A DNA stretch of 64,000 bases from Deltaproteobacteria bacterium (GTDB taxonomy: Bacteria > Myxococcota_A > Polyangia > Polyangiales > JADJMO01): positions 3,091-67,090 of the forward strand of contig JALHOE010000017.1 in assembly GCA_022843175.1 (NCBI GenBank). Reading direction: 5' to 3'. The first letter of the stretch is position 1; the number at the start of each line of letters is the position of its first letter. Under the pieces are notes generated by a model, which did no database searches, was not told the origin of the DNA, and was given only the letters and a program-made list of their open reading frames with translations. A program made the translations under genes and the position numbers. This document shows, in pieces, positions 9,019-18,424 of the stretch.

Positions 9019-10149
9019 CTAAATGCACTCGTCGGGGACGGGCGGGGGCGGGGCGAGGATCACGTCCGACGCGGTGATCGGCGACGCGGTGAACCCGATG
9101 CCGACCGACAGCGCATCGCACTCGCGCGTGACGTCCTGTAGGAGCGGCGCGCCGATCACCAGGTCTGCGGACTGCGTCATGGTCGCGACGACTTGCTCGT
9201 AGGTCGCGTTGCCGGGACAGATGCCGTACCGCTTGAGGGCCGGGGTCATCGACTCGGTGAGCTTGGCGGTGTTCGCCGCGCCGGCGATGGTGCCCATGTC
9301 GCCGGTCGCGACGTTGAACGACATCACCGCGCTGTCGAGCGGCATGAGGATCGGCGGATAGGTGAGGGGGATCGGGACGAGCGCGGTCCCGCTGCCCAAG
9401 TCGCCGCTCACCCACGTGCCGCCGGCCATGTAGCCCTTGGGGAACTTGTAGAGCGACTCCTTCATCGCGTTGACCGACGACGAGTCGATCGGCCATTTGT
9501 CGGTGCCGTCCCACTTCGGCGCGACGCCGCGGATGCCGCCGACGAAGAGCGCGCCGGGCACCGAGGCGTTGTCCGCCGGGCCGACGTTGTCGAGGCGAAG
9601 GAGCAGGGTGGTCCGGCCCTCGAGAATCGCGAAGTTGACCGCGTCCTCGGCGTCGGCCTTGAGCGATTTGACGACCGCCATGAAGTGCTGACCGAAGTTG
9701 TTGTCGCGACCGAGCTCGCCGTCGGTGAGCACGCTGGTGGGCGAGCCCGCTCGGCGCTTGCACGAGTTGGCGCTCGTCTTCGAGTCCTCTTTGGTGGTGG
9801 TGCGCGCGTCGAGGTCGTAGCCGTATTGCTTCCATGCGCTGTAATCGGCGACGCCGGTCAGGCGATGGGTGAGCCCGAGGTTGAGCTTCTTCACGGCGAA
9901 CCACTTGGTCGCGCCGCCCGAGGACATCGCCGGCGGCCGCGGCGGGGGCGTGGCGCCGGTGGGGCTCGGCCCGGGGCCGGTCTCGGTGAGCGGGGGCGCG
10001 CCGCTGTCGACGATGGGCGGCGAGCCGGTGTCGACGACGACGGGCGAACCCGTGTCGACGGTGCCGCTGTCGACGGGCTCGCTCGGGTTCTGCGCGACCG
10101 AACCGCCACAACCGATCAGAATTATCGAGACGATGGAGAAGCGAAGCAT
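9019..10149 (-). CDS. hypothetical lipoprotein (distant paralogue of 43402..44343)
   Basis: Lipobox SIILIGCGGS and a Pro/Thr/Asp linker. 376-aa ORF with good protein-like composition. No family recognised. Confidence 0.7.
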   Translation of the reverse strand: MLRFSIVSIILIGCGGSVAQNPSEPVDSGTVDTGSPVVVDTGSPPIVDSGAPPLTETGPGPSPTGATPPPRPPAMSSGGATKWFAVKKLNLGLTHRLTGVADYSAWKQYGYDLDARTTTKEDSKTSANSCKRRAGSPTSVLTDGELGRDNNFGQHFMAVVKSLKADAEDAVNFAILEGRTTLLLRLDNVGPADNASVPGALFVGGIRGVAPKWDGTDKWPIDSSSVNAMKESLYKFPKGYMAGGTWVSGDLGSGTALVPIPLTYPPILMPLDSAVMSFNVATGDMGTIAGAANTAKLTESMTPALKRYGICPGNATYEQVVATMTQSADLVIGAPLLQDVTRECDALSVGIGFTASPITASDVILAPPPPVPDECI

Positions 10150-10208
10150 GCACCTACGGTAGCCCGCGACGCGGCGCCGTTACGCCCGTGTCCCGAACCG
10201 GATAGCGC

Positions 10209-10274
10209 GACGGGGCCGCGCGCGTGAGCGCGCGGTTGCTCCCGTGGATGCAACCGCGGGCTTACGCCCGCGGC
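10209..10274. repeat. REP-like family 2, compact copy (two adjacent GC hairpins)
   Basis: The left arm (10212-10239) is identical to 8846-8873. The right arm gcaaccgcgggcttacgcccgcggc lies at 10250-10274. It sits immediately 3' of the ligase gene stop (10283) and may act as a terminator or stabiliser. Confidence 0.8.
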
Positions 10275-10282
10275 TCCTTCGT

Positions 10283-11460
<1,178 letters not shown>

Positions 11461-11464
<4 letters not shown>

Positions 11465-12459
11465 TTCGACCCTCCCACCGCGATCTTCGGTTGATCTCCC
11501 GGCGTCGTAGCGCGCAGATGAGGCGGAAGATAGCGCGAGAACCGGTAGTGCTCGCCGAGCGAGCTCCGGCCGTCGCGGGCGACCTTGATGGTGAACTTCG
11601 CCATCTCCTCGACACACCAGCTGAAGTGCGGCTCGAGCACCGACTCCTTGGCCATATCCGGGGCGGGGTTGGTGAAGTCGATCGCGTAGGGGATGCCGTC
11701 GCGGACGGCGAACTCGACGCTGTTCATGTCGTAGCCGAGCGCGTCGCAGATCTTGAAGGCGCCCTCGCGCACCTTCGCCTCGAGCTCCTTGGACATGAAC
11801 CCGCCGGGCGTCACCACGTAGCAGCGGCGCTTGGGGTCGTACTTGATGGGGAGAATCGCCTCACGGCCGATGCAGATGCAGCGGATGTACTCGTCGAAGT
11901 CGATGAACTCCTGGAGCGTCATCACGAGCTGCGCCGACGAGTCGTAGGCGCGCATGAGCTCTTCGAAATTCTTCACCACGTAGACGTCGCGCCAGCCGCC
12001 ACCGTCGGCCGGCTTGAGGATCGCGGGGAAGCCGACGTACTTCGTGATGGCCTCCCAATCGAGCGGGAACTCGAGGTTGCGCAGCGACCGGCTCTTGTCG
12101 ATCCGGTGCATGTAGTCCTTCTGGGGGAGCATCACGGTGCGCGGGACCGCGACGCCGAGCTTGCTCGCCAGCGAGTAGCCGAAGAACTTGTCGTCGGCGC
12201 TCCACCAGAACGGGTCGTTGATGACGTAGGTGCCCGAGAGCGCGGCCGCCTTGAGGTGGAAGCGGTAGTGCGGGATCTCCTGGCTGATGCGGTCGATCAG
12301 CACGCGGTAGGGGCTCTGCCAGTCCTCGGCGCGCGTCTCGCCGATCTTCGCGAGCTCCGCGACCACACCCGTCGACGACGACTCACGGTTCACGCGCTCG
12401 ATGAAGGCCGGCGGGAACGAGTTCTCCATCCCCACGAGCAGCCCGATTCGTTCCGGCAT
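11461..12459 (-). CDS. ATP-grasp domain protein (RimK/GshB-like peptide ligase fold)
   Basis: 332-aa ORF with ATP-grasp hallmarks: FPAILKPADGGGWRDVYVV, MTLQEFIDFDEYIRCICIG, NSVEFAVRDGIPYAIDFTNP. Confidence 0.8.
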
Positions 12460-12500
12460 AGACGCAGTTTCTCCCTTGGAAGGCCCCCGTATATCAGGTT

Positions 12501-12530
12501 AGGCGTTCGCTGGCGCGCGCGCCTATTTCT
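12501..12530. repeat. REP-like family 1, solo copy
   Basis: aggcgttcgctggcgcgcgcgcctatttct resembles unit 4 of the 4331-4365 array. Its end forms the TAG stop of the GATase gene (12523-12525, minus strand). Confidence 0.75.
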
Positions 12531-13290
12531 CGGGACCCGCCGAGCCCCGGACCGGGGTGCGAGGCTGCCGCACGAAGTTCGTGACGAAGTTGCGGAGCAG
12601 GCGGCGGGCGTGCGGGACGTCGACGACGTCGCGGTGGAGGCTCTCGGGGTCGAAGCCCTCGCCCCGGAGGAGGTCCATCCGCTGCTCGATGTAGCCGCGG
12701 GCGATCTGATCGCTGAACTCTGGATGAAATTGGACGGCGCGGGCGACCGGACCGGCGGAGAAGGCGTGGAGGTCGTCGTGGTCGGCCGTGACGAGCTTGG
12801 TCGTGCCCGGCGGCGGCACCGCGACGTGATCGCGATGCGAGACATTCACCTCGAACGCCTCGGGGAGCCCCTCGAACAAGGGGTCGTCGACGACCCGCCG
12901 CACCACCCGGCTGCCGATCGCGCGCCCGCGCGGGTTCTTGCGGACCTCGCCGCCGAGGGCGCTCGCCAGGATCTGATGTCCGAAGCACACGCCGAGGAGC
13001 GGCACCTGCTCCACCACTGCGCCGCGGAGCCAGGCCTCGAGGCGCGTCATCCACGGCTCGTCGAGCCGGTCGGTGACGCTCGAGGACGAGCCGGTGACGA
13101 TGATCCCCGCGAAGTTCTCGCGCGGGGGGAGGGGCGCCGAGACGTCGCGCGCGTCGAAGGTCGCCCATTCGCCCTCCCACGCGTCGCCGATCGCCTCGCG
13201 GAAGTGGCTGTCGAAGTCTCCGTGGCGCTCTTTGACGAGCGGAACGGTCGTCCCGGTGAAGAGGATGAGGAGGGGCTTCGTCGAAGGCAC
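12523..13290 (-). CDS. class I glutamine amidotransferase-like protein (GATase1)
   Basis: Nucleophile elbow LLGVCFGHQILA and the His-Glu pair in VQFHPEF. 255 aa. Confidence 0.85.
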   Translation of the reverse strand: MPSTKPLLILFTGTTVPLVKERHGDFDSHFREAIGDAWEGEWATFDARDVSAPLPPRENFAGIIVTGSSSSVTDRLDEPWMTRLEAWLRGAVVEQVPLLGVCFGHQILASALGGEVRKNPRGRAIGSRVVRRVVDDPLFEGLPEAFEVNVSHRDHVAVPPPGTTKLVTADHDDLHAFSAGPVARAVQFHPEFSDQIARGYIEQRMDLLRGEGFDPESLHRDVVDVPHARRLLRNFVTNFVRQPRTPVRGSAGPEK

Positions 13291-13416
13291 GGTGACAGCG
13301 AGCGTAGGGCACCCGTGGCCGGGCGTTCACGGGCCGGGCTTCCGCCCGTGAAAAAGCTCGGACGAGACAAATTGGTACATGCCGTGCTAACGGCTCGGCT
13401 CGGAGGCACTCCTCAA

Positions 13417-14139
13417 ATGCGCACTTCCCTCATCCTTACCGCCCTGGTCGCCGCCCCCCTCCTCGCCGGATGCGTCAAGAAGGAGTCCGTCGACTCGCAG
13501 GACGTGACCACCCACGGCATGTCGCTCGAGCTCGACGTGGTCAACGACGGCTCGAAGAGCAAGGTCTACGCGGCGCTCCACGTCGGTTCATGGGAGTCGC
13601 TCGTCTGGGCGCGCCTCTCGAGCGGCGACCAGCTCATCATCGTCGACCCGGCCGGCGCCCGTCAGGCGCTCTCCATCCTCAACACCTCCGGCAAGACGGC
13701 CTACGGCGTCGACCTCGCCGCGATGGACGGCGAGTTCAAGCTCGACTTCATCCGCGCCAAGGGCGCGAGCGCGCTCGGCAACAAGGTCACCGTCCCGCCC
13801 GCGTTCACCGTCGCCGCCCCGGCGATGCACTCGCGCCGCGAGCCGCTCACCTTCACCTGGAACGCCGCTCCCGGCAGCGGCGCCGAGATGAAATACTCCC
13901 TCACCGGCCCGTGCATCTCGAGCCACGTCCCGCGCACGATCTCCGGCGATCCCGGCACGTTCACGATCAACGCCGGCGACCTCAAGACGCCCGCGGGCAA
14001 AGAGACGGAGAGCTGTCAGCTCACGCTCAAGATGACCCGCGCGGTCGTCACCAACGCCTGCTGCTCGGCGGAGTTCGGTCACCCGAGCCGCACCAACGGC
14101 GTGCAGGAGCGCGTGGTCGTCTTCCAGAGCGCACCGTAA
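13417..14139 (+). CDS. hypothetical lipoprotein
   Basis: ATG 13417 is preceded by GGAGG (13402-13406). The N-terminus is MRTSLILTALVAAPLLAGC (lipobox). This is the real 3' part of the 882-aa composite ORF 11491..14139. Confidence 0.75.
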   Translation: MRTSLILTALVAAPLLAGCVKKESVDSQDVTTHGMSLELDVVNDGSKSKVYAALHVGSWESLVWARLSSGDQLIIVDPAGARQALSILNTSGKTAYGVDLAAMDGEFKLDFIRAKGASALGNKVTVPPAFTVAAPAMHSRREPLTFTWNAAPGSGAEMKYSLTGPCISSHVPRTISGDPGTFTINAGDLKTPAGKETESCQLTLKMTRAVVTNACCSAEFGHPSRTNGVQERVVVFQSAP

Positions 14140-15216
14140 CTACTCCTCGGCCCGCGGCGGGCTGAGCGTGGTGTGCGCTCCGGTCAACCGCTCTTCGCGC
14201 GCGATACGGAGCGCCTCGACGAAGAGGCGCACGATGAGCGGGCCGAGCACGAGGCCCCACGCGCCGAACAGCGCGAGCCCGCCGAACATCGTCACGAGCA
14301 CCACGAACGACGGCAGATCGAGCTTGCCCCACCGGGAGAACACCGGGCGGAGGAAGTTGTCGATCATGCTGATCACGAGCACGCCGATCACCACCAGGGC
14401 GATCGCTGCACCGGTGCGACCGGTGAGCGCGAGACCCGCCGCCACCGGTGCCCACACGAGGCCGGTGCCGACCGACGGGATCAACGACGCGAAGAAGGTG
14501 ATGAGCCCGAGCACCAGCGCGCTCGGCACGCCGAGCACCAGGTAGGTCACGGTCGCGATCGAGGACTGGAGCAGGCCGGTGAGCACCACGCTGATGAGAA
14601 GGCCGCGGCCCGTCTCGTTGAACGCGTCGCCGAACCGATCGAAGAGCTCGGGGCGCACCGGCGCGTGCCGACGACACCACCGATACGCGCTCTCCCCGTC
14701 GACGAGGAACGTGTAAGCGCCGAGCAGGAACACGAAGAACGCGATGAACGCGCGGGCGGTCGCGCCTGCGATCAGATTGAGTGTCGTCCACGCGCGGGTG
14801 CCGTGCTGCCTGGCAAGCTCCAGCAGCTTCTCCGGCGCACGGAGCATGGCCCCGAGATCGAGGTTGTTGCCATCGCTCGAGACGATCGATTTGAGCGCGG
14901 CGGCACCGCCCTTCGACTGCATGGCCTTGTGCACGAGCTCGACGGCGCTCGATGCGAGCGACACGCCGATCAGCACGAGCGGCGCGAGCAGGAGCAGCAC
15001 CGCGAGCAGCACCACGAGGCCCGCGGCCCGACGTCGTTTGGCGAGGCGTTTTTCGCAGATCTTGTTCAGCAGCGGCCGGGTGAAATGCGCAAACCACGCG
15101 GCCAGCACCAACGGGGCCCACATCGGCACGAAGATCGCGAGCGCGCCGACGCCGAGCAGGATGAGGATGGTCTTGACGGCTTCGGGGTGATGCGGGTGCG
15201 AGACGCGTGCCGCCAT
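14140..15216 (-). CDS. AI-2E family transporter (PerM/UPF0118)
   Basis: Multi-TM protein with the family's typical C-terminal half: LIPSVGTGLVWAPVA...MIDNFLRPVF...LPSFVVLVTMFGGLALFGAWGLVLGP. Start set to ATG 15216 (MAARVSHPHHPEAVKT...). Confidence 0.8.
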   Translation of the reverse strand: MAARVSHPHHPEAVKTILILLGVGALAIFVPMWAPLVLAAWFAHFTRPLLNKICEKRLAKRRRAAGLVVLLAVLLLLAPLVLIGVSLASSAVELVHKAMQSKGGAAALKSIVSSDGNNLDLGAMLRAPEKLLELARQHGTRAWTTLNLIAGATARAFIAFFVFLLGAYTFLVDGESAYRWCRRHAPVRPELFDRFGDAFNETGRGLLISVVLTGLLQSSIATVTYLVLGVPSALVLGLITFFASLIPSVGTGLVWAPVAAGLALTGRTGAAIALVVIGVLVISMIDNFLRPVFSRWGKLDLPSFVVLVTMFGGLALFGAWGLVLGPLIVRLFVEALRIAREERLTGAHTTLSPPRAEE

Positions 15217-15287
15217 GACCGTGCGACGCACGGCGCGGACGGAGCGTTGCGCAGCGCGACCACTGCCATCTGCTAAGCTCCGCGCCC

Positions 15288-16226
15288 ATGTCGTCGCGTC
15301 GCCTTCTTTGGCTTGCTCCGCTCTTCGTGGCCGCGTGCAGCTCTGCGGATCCGCCCGCCTCGTCCGCAACCGACACCGGCACCGCCGCCTCGGACACCGG
15401 TCCGGTCTCCGACACGGCGGCGGACACCCGGCCCACGAAGGTGCCCTGCAGCGAGCCGCCGGACGAGCGCCCCGCGGGCTCCGTCTGCGTGATGACGGTC
15501 ACCGGCAAGGTCGTCGACCCGGCCGGCGCGCCGGTCGCCGGCAAGCTCGTGTCGGTGTGCGGCTCGATCTGCTTCTTCGGCGAGACGAAGGCCGACGGCA
15601 CCTTCAGCGCCGACGTCGGCTCCTACATCAAGGTCGCGAACTTCGCGGCGTCGGTCCACGGCCGTCCCACGCACGCGAGCCTCTACGAGAAGCTCCCCGT
15701 CTCGGGCATGGGCGACATCGCGCTCCCGGCCACGATGATCCTCCCCACCGTCCCCGCGACCGGCACGCTCATCCCGAACGAGAAGCGCATCGTCACCGCG
15801 GCCGGGCCGATCACCCACGGCGATCTCACCCTCACGTTCCAGAGCGGCACCGAGATGGAGCTCGACCTCGAGGACGTCGAACTCACCATGGCCGGCAAGG
15901 GCGGCGATCACCTCCGCGCCGTGAAGGTCGAAGAGAAGGACTACCCGGCGTTCGTGAAGGGCGCGAACGTGAAGCTCCTCTACGCGGCCACGCCGTTCGA
16001 CGCGAAATTCAACAAGAAGGTCGCGGTGACGATCAACGCGACCGGTGGCCTCGCCGAGGGCACCGCCGTCGAGCTGATTGGCCTCGGCAACGAGTTCCTC
16101 AAGGAGCCGTTCACCGCGGGCGTCGTCGAGGTCGTCGCGACCGGCAAGGTCACCGGCGGCAAGATCGTCACCGACGCGGGCCAGGGCCTCAGCACGCTCA
16201 CCTGGGTTGGCGTGAGGGCAAAATGA
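15288..16226 (+). CDS. hypothetical lipoprotein (CarboxypepD_reg-like segment)
   Basis: Lipobox LFVAACSS and an acidic DTG linker. VTGKVVDPAGAPVAGKLVSVCG...TKADGTFS resembles a carboxypeptidase-regulatory-like beta-sandwich. The stop overlaps the next start (ATGA). Confidence 0.7.
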   Translation: MSSRRLLWLAPLFVAACSSADPPASSATDTGTAASDTGPVSDTAADTRPTKVPCSEPPDERPAGSVCVMTVTGKVVDPAGAPVAGKLVSVCGSICFFGETKADGTFSADVGSYIKVANFAASVHGRPTHASLYEKLPVSGMGDIALPATMILPTVPATGTLIPNEKRIVTAAGPITHGDLTLTFQSGTEMELDLEDVELTMAGKGGDHLRAVKVEEKDYPAFVKGANVKLLYAATPFDAKFNKKVAVTINATGGLAEGTAVELIGLGNEFLKEPFTAGVVEVVATGKVTGGKIVTDAGQGLSTLTWVGVRAK

Positions 16227-16975
16227 AGCGCTTTGCTCTCCTCCTCCTCATCGCGGGCTGCGGCGGCAGCTCCGACGCGCCCGCTTCTTCCTCGGAGGCG
16301 GACACCGGCGTCGCGAGCGACACCGCCACGGCCCCCGGCGACACGACCACCGAACCGACCGACTCCGCAGAGCCCCCGGCCGACAGCGTGGCGACCGAGG
16401 TCGCGACCGACACGCTCCCCGACGACACCGGCATCACCTTCGGCCCCTACCCGGCAGGCCCCTACGGCAACAAGGTGGGCGACGTCGTCGCGAACCTCAC
16501 GTGGGAGGGCTACGTCAACCCGCTGGCCGACAGCCTCGCGAACACCAAGCCGTACGTCACCACGGACATGGACAAGCTGCGGCGCGACGCGAAGAAGGGG
16601 TACGCGCTCGTCCATGTCTCGGAGTTCTTCTGACCCGGCTGTCGCAACGGGGCCCGTGATTTGGCCTCGCAGGGAAAGTCAGTGGTGGACGCGGGCGGTG
16701 CGATCGTCGAGGTGCTCGCGTCGAACGGAGGCGGCGCGCCGACGAAGGCGAACCTCAACGCGTGGGTCACGACCTACAACGTCCCGGTGACCTCGGTGAT
16801 CGACTCGCCGTCGAGCACCAAGACGCTCACGTTCTTCGGCATCCGCGAGACCTGCGTGGTCGTCGACGTCCGCACGATGAAGATCGTGAAGAAGGTCAAC
16901 GGCTCGGTCGCCGGCACCGGCGACTCCAGCGTCAAGCAGCTGATCCCCGAGATCCTCAAGCTGCTCGCCGGGTAA
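16223..16975 (+). CDS. TlpA-like thioredoxin-fold lipoprotein with in-frame TGA (probable selenocysteine, UPGC)
   Basis: The tail of ORF 15215..16633 and ORF 16661..16975 share a frame. Only TGA 16631-16633 separates them. Lipobox LLLIAGCGGS. Read-through gives YALVHVSEFF-U-PGCRNGARDL, matching WCxxCR of TlpA/ResA/CcmG-type redoxins, and the rest of the fold lies downstream. Confidence 0.7.
16648..16669 (+). promoter_or_regulatory. candidate bacterial SECIS hairpin
   Basis: cggggcc (16648-16654) pairs with ggcctcg (16663-16669): 7 bp including one G-U. The 8-nt loop cgugauuu contains GU. The stem starts 14 nt after the TGA. Folded by eye only. Confidence 0.4.
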
Positions 16976-17021
16976 CGCACACACCCGCGGGCCCCCCGCG
17001 AGCGGGTGGAGCCGATCGAAA

Positions 17022-17119
17022 TTCCGATCTACTCGCTATACGCGTTAGTTCGGCAAGTGGGGCGCGGTTGCGCTGTGTCCGAACTCGCCGAACTAACGCG
17101 TATAGCGAGTAGATCGGAA
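17022..17119. repeat. perfect 33-bp inverted repeat (long hairpin / MITE-like), lower GC than surroundings
   Basis: ttccgatctactcgctatacgcgttagttcggc (17022-17054) is the exact reverse complement of 17087-17119, with a 32-nt loop. It is intergenic, between the stop at 16975 and the start at 17261. Confidence 0.9.
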
Positions 17120-17260
17120 CTCGAGACGGGGTGCCGGACCGGGGCGGGGCGCGGCGGTCGATCGATCTGCTCGACCTCCGTGCGCTCATCGACGAGGCGA
17201 CCACGCCCGCGTCGCCGCAAAGCCGAGCCCCTGAGCCGATCGGTGGCATCCTAGGGCCCG

Positions 17261-18424
17261 GTGTCCCTCGGGCGGTTTGCGGTGTTCTTCCTGGTCACGG
17301 GCGCGCTCACGGTGCTCTTGCACCGCTACGTGTGGGCGCGGCTCGTGCGTGACGCGGCGCTCCCCGCGTCCTACCACCGCGCGGCCACCATCGCGATCGT
17401 CGTGCTCGGGCTCGCGATGTGGGCGGCGATGCCGCTGTCACGTGCGCTGCCCCGCTCCGTGATGATGCCGGTGTCCATCGTGATGTTCACGTGGCTCGGT
17501 GTGCTCTTCCTACTCGTGATCTCGTTCGCCGCGGCAGATGTGGTGCGCCTGCTCGTCGTAATCGCGCACCGCAACGACGCGCCCGATCCCACGCGTCGAG
17601 TCCTGGTCGGGCGCGCGATGGCCGCGGGCGTCGGCATCCTCGCGACGGGCGCCGCGGCGTGGGGCGTGCGCTCTGCGCTCGGAGAGGTGATGGTTCGCCG
17701 CCACCGAGTCCCGCTCAAGCGTCTCCCCGCTGGCATGGACGGCCTCACCATCGCGCAGCTCACCGACGTCCACGTCGGTCCCACGATCGGTCGCGAGTTC
17801 ATCGAGCAGATCGTGGCGCAGACCAACGCGCTGAAGCCCGACGTGATCGTGATCACCGGCGACCTGGTGGACGGCGACGTCGAGACGCTGCGTGAGCACA
17901 CCGCGCCGCTCGCCAAGCTCAGCGCGCCCCTCGGCGTTTACTTCGTCACCGGCAACCACGAGTACTACTCCGGCGCCGACGCGTGGCTCGCCGAGCTCGC
18001 GCGCCTCGGCATCCGCGCGCTCCGCAACGAGCGCGTCGAGCTGCGCCGCGGCGCGGACGCGATCGACCTCGCCGGCGTCGACGACTGGAGCTCCAAGCAG
18101 TTCGGTCGCGGCCACGGCCACGATCTCGAGCGCGCCATGAAGGGGCGCGATCCCGAGCGCGAGGTGGTGCTCCTCGCGCACCAGCCAAAGTCGATCGTCG
18201 AGGCCGCCAAGCATGGCATCGGTCTTCAGCTCTCGGGCCACACCCACGGCGGCCAGATCTTCCCGTGGAACTTCTTCGTGCGGCTGCAGCAGCCATACGT
18301 GGCGGGCATGCATCGCCACGGCGAGTCCTTCATCTACGTGAGCCGCGGCACCGGCTACTGGGGCCCGCCCATGCGGGTGGGAATCCCCGCCGAGATCGCC
18401 CACCTCACGCTCACCCGCGCCTAG
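17261..18424 (+). CDS. membrane-anchored metallophosphoesterase (YkuE-like)
   Basis: N-terminal TM helices followed by calcineurin-like motifs: LTDVHVG, ITGDLVDG, VTGNHEYY, LLAHQP, SGHTHGGQ. Confidence 0.85.
   Translation: MSLGRFAVFFLVTGALTVLLHRYVWARLVRDAALPASYHRAATIAIVVLGLAMWAAMPLSRALPRSVMMPVSIVMFTWLGVLFLLVISFAAADVVRLLVVIAHRNDAPDPTRRVLVGRAMAAGVGILATGAAAWGVRSALGEVMVRRHRVPLKRLPAGMDGLTIAQLTDVHVGPTIGREFIEQIVAQTNALKPDVIVITGDLVDGDVETLREHTAPLAKLSAPLGVYFVTGNHEYYSGADAWLAELARLGIRALRNERVELRRGADAIDLAGVDDWSSKQFGRGHGHDLERAMKGRDPEREVVLLAHQPKSIVEAAKHGIGLQLSGHTHGGQIFPWNFFVRLQQPYVAGMHRHGESFIYVSRGTGYWGPPMRVGIPAEIAHLTLTRA

Noticed and set aside
13326-13352. 9-bp GC hairpin (ttcacgggc / gcccgtgaa) followed by AAAAG, considered as an intrinsic terminator.
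   Set aside because: It lies in a divergent promoter region, with both flanking genes pointing away. The A-run follows the stem on the + strand, and on the - strand the T-run precedes the stem. It therefore fits neither orientation of a rho-independent terminator. It could be an operator, but there is no support.
16631-16633. Treating TGA 16631-16633 (and 22014-22016) as ordinary stops, giving four separate small genes or two pseudogenes.
   Set aside because: Both TGAs fall on the same aligned residue, the first Cys of WCxxCR. The downstream ORFs stay in frame and complete the thioredoxin fold. Neither downstream ORF has a convincing independent start or RBS (TTG 16661, GTG 22068). Hairpins follow both TGAs. 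Ordinary termination remains possible if the genome lacks Sec machinery, so the call is kept as probable, not certain.
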